Source: Heteronotia binoei
Lineage: Eukaryota
Assembly (NCBI RefSeq): GCF_032191835.1
Contig: NC_083243.1
Coordinates: 66,402,001-66,466,000 of the forward strand
Length of the DNA stretch: 64,000 nt
Direction of reading: 5' to 3'
Positions 35,897-46,840 of the stretch are shown here, piece by piece; within the stretch, counting starts at the first letter, position 1, and each line of letters opens with the position of its first letter. The translations under genes were made by a program, and so were the position numbers. Under the pieces are notes generated by a model. The model had not been told where the DNA came from. It worked only from the letters and a program-made list of their open reading frames with translations, and ran no database searches.

Positions 35897-36147
35897 AAAA
35901 AAGGTAAAGGTGCAAGCACTGAGTTGTTATTGACCCATGGGGGGGGGGAATGTCGCATCACGATGTTTTATTGGCAGTCTTTTTATGGGGTGGTTTGCCA
36001 TTGCCTTCCCCAGTCATCTACACTTTACTGGGTACTCATTTTACCGACCTCGGAAGGATGGATGGCTGAGTCAACCTTGAGCTGGCTACCTTAACCCAGC
36101 TTCCGCTGGGATCAAACTCAAGTCATGAGCAGAGTTTGAACTGCAGT
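35897..36147 (-). mobile_element. Sauria-type SINE (5' truncated)
   Basis: Reverse complement of 63355-63625 (GGTTGACTCAGCC.TCCATCCTTCCGAGGTCGGTAAAATGAGTACCC; ACCTTTACCTTT tail). Confidence 0.85.
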
Positions 36148-37715
36148 TCTATTCTGCTCATTTACAAATATGATGAAAAAGCAACAAAAATGTGCTTCAA
36201 TTGCTGTTTTAAGTACCACACAAAAACTATCACTTAGGAAAAAAATGATGGCAGTGAGGGAGAAAAACTCATTTATTCGACCGCTTTCCATTTCAGCCCA
36301 AGGAATGCATTCTTAAAGTGCTTACACTGAAGAAACTACTGCCAACCTCAGCAAGTACATTTTTTCCTCTTTCTATGAGGGATTGAAGTAAACTAACCAG
36401 TTATGGTGAGGGTTGGAACTACTGAGCCTACATCTGAAATCATTAACTCCTAATAATCTACTAAACCTATAATAATCTACTAAACCTCTTTCCTTTTTAA
36501 GTTGTAGTTCTTTTAAATTTATGGCTCAGTATCTGGTTCACGTGCTTGACTGTACCAAGTAAAAAGCAGGACTCTGTTTTATTCTATAATGTTGCTTTGA
36601 TAGTCTTTTAATTCTTGTAAGTTTCCTAGTTTCTTTTCCCTAGACATATTTTTCTCCCAGTCAGGCTTTGGATAATATAATATAAAAATCATGTACCATT
36701 GAAATTTCAAGCTTTTGACTTTGCATTCAGTGTTTTAGCATGTTGTAGTTCTTTTCAAGTTAAAGTCTTTTAATACTCACAGGAATTCCTTAAGCTATGC
36801 CAGTGCTGTTAAGAGTTCCTTCCCCCCACCTTTGAATGAGAAACTAATACATACTTTCCCCTTTTCAGGTATAAGTTATAAGTTCAGAAGTCTGAAAATT
36901 GAATGTTTTAATACACTGTATTGAGCTGCATCATGTTTTCTTGTGAAAGCACAATATGGAAATGCTACATGTGGAATTATCCATTTCTTTACCAAGTGCA
37001 AAGAAAGAGCTCAGATGATGTCAGGAGTTTAATCTGGGCCCTTATGCATGAAAAACTATGTGTGATACTGCTGATTTTCTTCCACACAGAGATCAAATAT
37101 ATGTTCTTCTAAGCTATAGTAGAGAACATTAGCAAACAGACTGAAAGAACAAAGTAGGCTGCCCACTTGAAAGAACTTCAATTTTGAATCAGAATGTTAT
37201 GCTGAAGGGATGGATATTGTTGACTTAATACCTAAGAATGCTTTAAATGTCATTTCTGTTTAATGTGTGATAACACTATATCAATGGAATAATAGTGAAA
37301 CATGACAGCTTTCAATGTCTCTCAATTTTCTACTGTTCACATTTCACATATTGATAAAGTACCTTTAATTTGATTTTGCAGCTAGGAGGCTGCATTTTAA
37401 TGTTCGGTCTGAAGTGCGCTAACTTTGTTGTAGTGTGTTTCCCCTGTGAAGATCAGTAAGGATTTATTTATACTGTCATTAGTATGTGAGCTACTCATAC
37501 TTAATTAGAATTTCAGCATTTGTGATAGCGATCTTTAAAGAGCTCACAGATGATTTAGGCCTTTGTGAAAGATCTCTCAAATCTTGTGCTTATGAATGCT
37601 GTTTCCTAGCCTGTAACATTTTTTCTAACTAGGAATGCCCCAAAGATTTTCCTAGATTTGTTAAAAATATCATGTAAGTAAGGGAAAGAAGAGATTATAA
37701 TTCAAGATTATGAAT

Positions 37716-37784
37716 CTGCATTGAGCAGGGGGTTGGACTAGATGGCTTGTATGGCCCTTTCCAACTCTCTGATTCTATGATTCT
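37716..37784 (+). mobile_element. CR1 3' terminal fragment
   Basis: GGGGTTGGACTAGATGG...CCTTTCCAACTCTCTGATTCTATGATTCT, the canonical CR1 ATTCTATG tail. Confidence 0.8.
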
Positions 37785-38698
37785 AGATAGAGGAACCAGG
37801 GAAGTGGTTTGTGGGGCTATTTCTACCTTGTTTTGTATCAGAGAAAGAAAAAAGTTGGCTGTTATTGCATGTCATGAGAAACGGATCTTCCATGAAACAC
37901 AAATTTTGTTTGGTACTGTATATTTTGCCTCATTTCTCTTTTTATATCCTTGTGCATGAAACACAATTCAAGGATTCTGGATTTGAGAAGTCTGAAATCA
38001 AGCTGCAATTCAGTGTGATGTCTGAATGTAGGCACCTTGGAGAACTGGAATCCATTTACACAGTTAGGAAACCCATTTAGTTCATGTCTGGCTTTGTTCC
38101 CCTATTTTGTCATGGCATCCAATCCAAATCAGCCATAATCCATAAACCCTTGCTTTCTTTCTTGTTGTCTTTTTTCTTTTTATAGTCACTATTTTTTATT
38201 TTTTCCAGAAGACAAGAAAACAGAGGCAGATTCCTAAAAGCCAAAATTGCTAGCTAGCCATATATAGTATACATGGGAGAATATATACATATAGTATCTT
38301 CTTCGTGATCTCTGTGCTTCACATTCATGGGATATAGTGCCTGCGCTGATCCCCTGAATTGGTACCTAAAAAGCCTGGGATTATTTCGCGCTCGGCACCA
38401 GTGAGCATGCGCAGGAGTCAGCGTGAGGAGCCAGCATGAGGATCCTGCCAGTTCCTTTTTGACCGCCCCACTGAGAGGATCTCCTTTCGTTTGCTCCGGT
38501 CAGTACTGTAATCCTTTGGATTTTCTTGTTGATATAGCCTGTTTGTTGTTTTTTTAGTTAATAGTTAAATAATCATAGATAGTTATAGATAGTTATTGTT
38601 GTTTGAAAAAAATACTGTTGTGGTTGGACTTTGCCCCTCGGGGCTTTATTCCCCCCCCCCATTCCCTCAGAAATCGTTCTGTGTGGGTTCCAGTGCCT

Positions 38699-40708
38699 AT
38701 GGAAAGGCGTTGGGTTTTTTTTAAACGTTGCCGCAAGTGTGGTGGCAAAATTGCACCTCCTGACGGTCACTCCCTCTGCTTATTGTGCCTGGGCGAGGGA
38801 CATTGTGTCGATTCGTGCGTGCATTGCTTGAGCTTCTCAAAGCAAACCCGAAAAAAACGGGCGGCAAGGCTATCGGCAGCACCTGTGGAATCGGCTCTTT
38901 GTCCGCCGAAAATGGCAATGGGCCCATCGGTATCGATGGGGGAAGCCACCCCGGCTCCAACGGTTACATTGATCGATCAATCGTCACCGATACAAACCGA
39001 TATGCCGACCGAGCAAGACCGACCCACGAAACACCCTTCTGAAGGGTTAGTGGTGACTCTGGTCAAGAAATGTTGGGACGACTCGGGGACCCGATCGTCC
39101 CTCCTGAAGAAGTCGAAGGAGAAGCGAAAGAACATATTTTCCTGCACTCCTTCCCCTTCTCAGGATGCTTCGGTATCAACGCAAGCTGCTCCACCCCGGA
39201 AGATCCTGGCATCTCCACGTCCAAGGAGTCCTTTGGTGTTGAGAAGCAGAGCTTCGCAGCCGCTCCACCTGTCAGGATTGGAGCAGGAGATAGACCTGAC
39301 CCAGTGAGATCGGGATTGCGTCGTCGGAGCAACAGTGGTTCAATACTGGAGATCGAGGCTTCGGTATTGAACGAGCTCCTGGCACCTCTTGCACCGACTA
39401 TGGGACGGAGAGAGCTGGAACCAGCTGCTATGGTTCGACGCTTCCCGCCACTTCCGCCGTGGGATCAACGTCAGTGGCCTTGCTCTTACGGTTACCCATA
39501 CCCACCATATCAGTGGTACCCTCCATGTGACTTCCCCGAATGGGATCAGCGGTCGGAAGCCTCTCATCTCTCTAGAGTTTCCCATCACTCAAGGCAGCGA
39601 GTTTTGGCATCGGTGTCAATCCCTCCCGAGAGATGCAAAGAGAGGGTGGAGGAAGTTCAGGCATGGTCGTTGGTGTCTCTGCGGTCACCTGAGTGAGGTT
39701 CGACTCTGATACTCTCAGAGCACTCTGTGAGAAGAGACTCCTTGTCATTGGACTCCAAGGTCGGTACTGATGACCCTGTCAGAGCGGTGGAACCTTTGCC
39801 AGAGTCACATATTGCTGAGGATCTTCCCATATCTCCATTGGAAAATCTGAAGTCTTATGGGGACCTGGTGAAGCGGATGGCACACTCCCTCTCCCTCGCA
39901 GTGGTTCAAGCGCAGCCAGTCATTGATGACATGGTCTTCGATATTATGCAGAGGGACACATCGACGGCTGTGGCCCTGCCTGTGACAAAAGTTATTCTGC
40001 AGGCGGTGAAGGAGCCTTGGGCGAAACCGGCATCTGCATCTATTTCTTCCCGGAGATTGGACCATATGTATCGGGTCCAGGAGGCTGGTGCTGAGTTTTT
40101 GTTCTCCCACCCCAAGCCCAACTCGGTGGTGGTCTCATCATCCAAGGTGCGCGAGACTCATTCTTTCCCACCTGACAAAGAGGGCAAGAAGTTGGATAAT
40201 GTGGAAGGAAATGTTATTCAGCAGGAGCATTAGGAGTGAAGGTCTCCAATTATGCCACTTGCATGGCCTGCTACCAATACTCCATTTGGGAGCAGCTCAC
40301 ACCCCTTTTGTCCTCCCTGAGCAAGGAGAAGAGATCTTCGTTTAAGAAGCTGTGGCCAAGCAACAGCTGGCTGCAGCAAAGCACATGGTGGATGTATCGG
40401 CAAAAAGCATCATTTCTGCTGTCTCCCTACGCCGTCACTCTTGGCTAAGATCCACAGCTCTTCAGCCTGACACCAGGGCCTTTGTTGAAGACCTGCCTTT
40501 CGAAGGTGAAGGTCTTTTCAGTTCAACCACCGGCAGTGTCCTCCAAGAGATGGACAAAAGTATAAAGACCTCAAGAAACCTGGGTTTCCCCGTCTCCTCT
40601 AGGGCAGACAAGCCTAAGCAGTGGCATAAATCTTGGCCCAAGAGGCCCTACCAAAAAATTCTCCCCCGATCAGCCATGGAGACCTTTCTCTTCCCAACCA
40701 GAGAGTAA
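38699..40708 (+). pseudogene. DIRS gag (ORF1), frameshifted
   Basis: N-terminal Cys/His finger CRKCGGKIAPPDGHSLCLLCLGEGHCVDSCVHC; C-terminal LAP2alpha-like block ...AVSLRRHSWLRSTALQPDTRAFVEDLPFEGEGLF; split over ORFs 38603, 39070, 39727, 40236 and 40352. Confidence 0.8.
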
Positions 40709-40859
40709 GTCTCCCTATAGGGGAAACAATAAAAACAGGTTTGCTTCAGTACAAACCACTGGAAATCTAAGGGTGCTCGCCCACAAAAGCAGGGCCTTTG
40801 ACTTTTCGGTAGCATGCATTGCCACTCCTCCTTCATCATTCATCCGCCTTCGTCAATAG

Positions 40860-41927
40860 CTGCCGGCTTGGAAGTCCATCTCCACAGACAGGTGGGCTCT
40901 TTCCATCATAGAAGGATACAAGATAGACTTCAGCATCCACCCAGCGTACAGGCATTTCCTTCGTTTTACAATAGGTTCCAACCACTTCCAGTACAAAGTC
41001 CTTCCATTCGGCCTGTACACTGCACCAAGGGTGTTCACCAAGATGATGAGCGTTGTAGCCACACATCTCTGGCTTCAAGGTATAGTCGTCTTTCCATATA
41101 TTGACGACTGGCTCCTTGTGGTGGAGTCGGAAGAACGTCTGTCCGGCCATATCGCAACTACTCTTTGTCTTCTGCACACCTTAGGTCTGCAGGTCAACAT
41201 GACAAAGTCTCATCTTACACCATCACAGACAGTTCAGTTTATAGGGGCCTTGCTGGACACAAGCCTTCACCGTGCCTTTCTGCCTCAGCAGAGAGCGATG
41301 GACATTATCAATCTTGTACATCTTTTCCAGAGTCGGAAATGGGGCATGGCACAGCAGCTACAGCGGATGCTGGGGCTGATGGCGGCAACTACAAGTGTAC
41401 TGCTGTTTGCAAAATTGAGAATGAGAGGTCTTCATCTGTGGTTTCTCAGACAGTTTTGGCCTTTACGGGACTCATCTTGGAAGAGGTTCTCAATTCCACC
41501 CTTGATCCTCTGGTCCCTGCAATGGTGGAAATCCAGAGACAACATCTATCAGGGAGCTCCCTTCCACCTGCCTGTAACAACAGTGACGATTACCACAGAT
41601 GCGTCTTTGTGGGGCAGGGGTGCTCACATGGATTCTGTGTGTGTGTGGGGCCCTTGGCCTCTGCAATTGACTTATTGCCACATAAACTATCTGGAACTGT
41701 TGGCAGTTCATTTCGCCCTTCGGTCTTTCCGTCCCATGGGGGCGGGGAAGGCGGTGGCCCTGTTGACGGACAATACTACAGCCCTTTGTTATGTCAACAG
41801 GCAGAGCGGGACAATCTCTCGACAGCTCTGTGCTCTAGCACTAGAACTGTGGGTGGAGTGCCTGGAGCACGACATCTACGCAAAGGCTGCACACCTTCCA
41901 GGGGTGCTCAGTCTGCAGGCGGATTAA
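40860..41927 (+). pseudogene. DIRS reverse transcriptase plus RNase H
   Basis: FQYKVLPFGLYTAPRVFTK and VFPYIDDWLL (YxDD); RNase H TTDASLWG, HINYLELLAV, LLTDNTTA, HLPGVLSLQAD; N-terminal RT motifs deleted. Confidence 0.9.
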
Positions 41928-42353
41928 TTGAGTAGAGGAGCAGCATCTCCGCACGAGTGGGAGATACAGTGGCGCTTCCTTCAACCTGTGTTTCAGCTCT
42001 GGGGGTATTCTCAGGTGGATGTGTTTGCCACAGCCAGCAATCAGAAGTGTCCTCTGTTCTGTTCCAGGGGAGGCATGGATCCAGAATCATTGGGAGACGG
42101 CCTGATGTTCCCGTGGAACGATTGGTTCCTTTACCTGTTTCTGCTGCTGACAAGAGTTGTCAACAAAATTGCAAGAGAAAGGCCATGCTGCATCCTAGTG
42201 ACACCATGGTGGCCTCGGCAGAACTGGTTCCCGATCCTGCTTCAACTAGTGAGGGGGATCTTTTATCAGTTTCTGACTGAACCAGACCTTCTGTCAGCCC
42301 AGGACGGTCACATGTTCCATCACAACATGCCTCACCTGAAGCTGACAGCGTGA
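41928..42353 (+). pseudogene. DIRS DNA N6-adenine methyltransferase-like (Dam-like MT) domain
   Basis: WGYSQVDVFATASNQKCPLFCSRGG, FPWNDWFLYLF and ILVTPWWPRQNWF, in the position where DIRS1-like elements carry their MT domain (established). Confidence 0.75.
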
Positions 42354-42365
42354 TTCATCAAACTT

Positions 42366-43076
42366 GTGAGTTCTTCAGCAGAGTCCGTCTTCCTAAATAG
42401 TAGGAAGTTGTCTACCCGTACTTCCTATGACAGGAAGTGGGGGAAGTTTCTTCAGTTTTTGGCTGACCCTACAGTCTCACCTCAACGGGTGGGGCTATCA
42501 GTGATTTTGGATTTTCTGTTATCTCTGGTGGATGCTGGACTTTCCTTTTCTTCTGTTAAAGTTTATTTATCAGTGATATCAGCATACCATGAGTCTGTGG
42601 AGGGGCATTCAGTTTTTGCACACACTCATTCGAAGAGGTTTCTAAAGGGTCTGCTCAGATTTCATCCCCCATCAAGGTCACCCCCACAGTTGTGGAATTT
42701 GACTTTAGTGTTGGACAGGTAGACTCGGCATCTCTTCGAGCCAATGGCAACATGTTCGCTACAGCTTCTGTCTTGGAAGACTGCTTTTTTGGTAGCAATC
42801 ACATCTGTACGCCATGTAGGAGAGCTCATGGCTATGCGTTGTGACTACCCTTATTTACTTTTTCAGGAGTCCGGAGTGTCGTTGGCTCCTGATGTTTCTT
42901 TTCTTCCCAAGGTGGTTTCCCAGTTTCACCTTAAGTTGGACGTTTGGCTACCCACGTTTTATCCCACGCCTTCCTCGGATAAGGAACGTAGATGGCACGC
43001 TTTGGATGTTAAGCATGCGTTATTGTTTTATTTGAGTCGTTCTAAGAGTTTCCGTCAGGACCAGCATCTTTTTGTT
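42366..43076 (+). pseudogene. DIRS tyrosine recombinase, N-terminal part only
   Basis: SRKLSTRTSYDRKW, SVKVYLSVISAYH, WKTAFLVAITSVRHVGEL, FLPKVVSQFH, HALDVKHALLFYL; internal stop at 42720; C-terminal HxxR and catalytic Tyr absent. Confidence 0.85.
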
Positions 43077-43184
43077 TTGTTTTTTGCCTACAACTCCCAT
43101 CAGCCCCAGCCAGCATGGCTGATGGCTGGGGCTGATGGGAGTTGTAGGCAAAAACATCTGGAGAGCTACCGTTGGCCACCCCTG
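43077..43184. mobile_element. Palindromic MITE (same family as 28095) missing its left terminus
   Basis: TTTTGCCTACAACTCCCATCAGCCCCAGCCA...TGGAGAGCTACCGTTGGCCACCCCTG; the first ~27 bp and the left TSD are absent. Confidence 0.85.
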
Positions 43185-46100
43185 CGCTAGGTGAGAATTA
43201 TATTTGACTAACACTAAATATAAAGGCATCTGAGATGTAGCTCTGTCATAATTCTTCATTGTTACAGTATGGAATCTTCATTGTAGAAGTAAAGAGTGTT
43301 CAGTATTAAGTGCCCCCTTGGTTTTTTGCTGTTATTATTTTGGCTGTTTTAATGCTAAATATTATACAACATGATTTATACTGTTACTAGGAGTAAGGCC
43401 AGTTGTCAAGAAAAATACAGTGGGCTCTCGAAGGAGGCTCTGGGCAAGTGCCTGCCACCCTTGCTGTCTTCCCACCCAAGTGAAAATATTGTTTTCCTCT
43501 CACACACACCTCAAGGGAGGCTGATCACTGCCATTCTAAAGAGTAGTTGTAAATCTGAGTGATCTTCAGTGGTTCCCCAGTAGGAAATGACATTGCATCT
43601 GTCTGAGGTCGTATCCCTACTCAAACCCCACTCTCTTAAATATTCAGGAATTGGCAACCCTATCTCCTTCCATTTATCTGCCCCTCTGACTTCAGGTTTC
43701 CATTGCCTTCCCCCTCCTTGCAGCCTCTACGTAGGGAAAGGACAGTCTTTCTTCACAGTGTGTGTCTCCTCCTTTTGATCTGAACAACAACCCTGTGAGG
43801 CAGGTTAGGCAGAAAATCTGTGGCTGGTCTGAAATCACCCAGTCAGCTTCCACAGCCGTCACCTGGAGATTGGCAACATTAGTTTTTCAGGAGAAAAGGC
43901 CTCTCCCTCAGAGGCTTGTAGTGATACCTTAGGAATTTTCCACCAACCTGGAAAGATATCACTAAAGGCCTCTGGGTGAGTGCCCCCCAGCCTTGCTGTC
44001 TTCCCACCCACCCAAGGCAGTCACTCCTTCCCCCAAGGCAGCCTATTTATTTGCTGCTGTGGAACTGCTCCCTCCCTGCTGTTAATGACCATTCCTTTTG
44101 CGTCAGTTGAAGAGAAGGAACTGCTACTGTTTTGTCTCATGAACATGTCTCTCACAGTTTACTGTTCACTTCACTGTTTGCTTTGCAGCAGTGTTGTTTG
44201 TGGGGTGGGAAGACAGACTGTCCTGGACTTCCTACAATGGGCTTTGAGGAGAGGCAGTAGTGATCAGTAAACCCCCAGGAGAACTTGTCAGCAGAGAACT
44301 GTCTCCCTCAAAGGCCTTCTGGTGGGGTCCTTATTTACGGGGCTGACGGTGGGTGGGGGAGAGCAGAAGCAGTCAATAGCACACCAGAGACTGTGCGAGC
44401 CATCCTGCGTAGGCCACATCCAACCAATGAAAATTCTCAGATTTGCCACAACTGTTGGGTTTTTATTTATTACTGATGTTTTAAGTTCTTGTAAAATATC
44501 TCTTTAAATCAGCATGGTTGTCTATCACAGTAACTTTGAAGAATTCAATTAAATCATGTTCATAAATACTTAAGGAAAGTAGCATACTAAGTTTCTATCT
44601 CATACAGCTGGAATATGTAGCATCATTATACTCAGGTTAAACATGACCCTTATTTAAATAGCAGGGGAGGGAACTGATGAAGTAATTGACCCAGTTTGTA
44701 CAAAAAGTCTCAAAGGGCTAAGTGATCAAATCCATAAGCAGATAAAAATAGAACATGAAAATACATCTATGGAATACTTTCAAGTGATGTGCATGGATAT
44801 CATAAAGTTATTTTCCAGTATTTCTTTAACAATAAATATGAAGTTTTAAATTCAGAATTACTTATATAAGTTTCTGTATTTAAAATGGGAAATCTGTTAA
44901 TTTTATTGCTGTTCCTAGTTCTGGCAAATGTCCAAATAACATTTTTTCTTAGCTGATAGCTGCTGGATGTAAAATTCTGGTGAAGGATTCTCAGATGTTT
45001 GATGTGGCAGCTACAGAATTTACACAGACATTTAGTTCTCGAACTACCCTATTTTGCATAAGAATAGCTTTCTTTATGCAATTGTTTATAGAACATTTGA
45101 TATCCCAGGCTTCAGGCCAAATTACATGTGCTACTGGAATTTCATGATTGGAACTCCAGATGTCATTTGGCCTTTAAAAACATCCACGAGTGAGAGCCCT
45201 CTGTATTGGGGCTGGAATGATGGGAAGGGGAATTCTCTTTGAGTCAGAGGACTTTTGAGATTATGATCCCTCTCATCATATCTGTAGAGATTAAACATAG
45301 AAGTTTAACAAATATTAGTTTACTGGCCTTTAAAGACAGTTAATTATGAATGCCAACATTACATGCTTCCTCTCAAAAGTGGTCAAGTGAGGTATAGCAT
45401 CAGTCTTGCAGGTTTTGAAATATCATTTTAAATCTTTTAGAACATATATATGTTCCCCCATGTACAATTGGTCAAACCAAAATATTTTTACCTTAGCAGA
45501 CAAACATTGCTTAAACATCTCAATATAAACAAAACCTCATGTATAGATTTGCTCCTTCACGTGTTAGTGATTATGTGCCAAGAGCAGCATTTAGGATTTG
45601 CTGCAATTACTGTTTATTGAAGGACTAGATCAACTGAAGATATGAAGATGTAGAGCTTTGTTTCAGAGTTAACAGTAGGGAGCTGTAGTTAACTTTCCAG
45701 TTGTTTTAAGCTACGGTACATAAGTTGCTTAAACTTTTTTCCCAGTATAGCAGGTGCTTTCAGGAACAGGTAATCATCATCAAAAGTCACAGCACACATT
45801 CAGTTATATATAGTGCAGACAATTCCAGCCACAGCCCCATTACAGCTATTCCTGCTAGAAACTGTACACTGTGGCTAGTGGTTTGGTTCCATATTTAAAG
45901 GAAACCAAAATGCACACAGCTTTGGATGCTCTGTAATCTTAGGAAGCCACAGCTACCACAAGTGCTTCCCATCTGTTATTAAGTGTTTAATCCATTATGT
46001 TATAAAAACCAAAATGATTTTATGACATAGAAGCACGCATTTCTAGCATAATAAACTAAAAAAGAATTATTTTTACTATATACAGATAGTTTGGAGTTGA

Positions 46101-46840
46101 AGCACATGAAAAAACGAGTGGAGTTAGGTTTTTTCCTATAAATAAGCTACAATTATATTTAAGGAATAGCTTGAGCCTTCTTCAGCTCAGAGCACAGCCT
46201 GATTTGTTATGAAACTACCTCCATCCCAAAGCATTTTTGCTTGAGGTTATTCTCTATGCTACAGAGCAGAACAATGTATTCATATTTTTATATATAAAAA
46301 TCAAGTGTGAACTGGATTGGGCCCACACTGAGGGGAAAATGGATAGTTGTACAAAGTTGGGGGATTACTAGGTTTGAAGAAAAATCCAGAAGTTTAAAAA
46401 ATACACCTAGTAAGGGGATTTAAATCCCCTCAAAGTAAAATAGGGAAAGCAGCAGAGGTGGGGGTTGAGTAGAGGATTGGGAGGTAGATTGGTAGAGCAG
46501 CAAGGTGGTGGTATGAGGAAAAGGGTACAGAAAGGGATCTGGGGGTATCAGAAGCCAGAGGACTAAGCAGTGACAAGTGAGGGAATTTTCCCATGAATTT
46601 CTCATGGGTAGCCACTTACTATTTTATAATTTACAAATAAAGAAACCCACTTTTGTAGCGACAGTTTTTTCTTCAAACAGAGAGGCAAGTCGTCGCTGTA
46701 CGTTTTGCACTTGTTTCCATAAAACTGCATTTTAATAAGAGTATTATTCGGGAGTGATGTCAGAACTGAGGTTTAATCAAATGAATGGTGCCAACTTTTT
46801 GCAGGGTTACTGTTTAGGATTTTGTTGCTAGGAATTAACA

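Larger units (their letters stand above)
38299..43076 (+). mobile_element. DIRS1-like tyrosine-recombinase retrotransposon, 3'-truncated and inactivated
   Basis: Left end TTCTTCGTGATCTCTGTGCTTCACATTCATGGGA; gag, RT, RNase H, methyltransferase-like and recombinase domains follow in order; no matching right terminal repeat in the window; CpG-rich compared with host DNA. Confidence 0.92.

Noticed and set aside
38603-38698. N-terminal extension of the DIRS gag ORF from 38603
   Set aside because: Non-ATG start in the T-rich leader; the zinc-finger region begins just after ATG 38699
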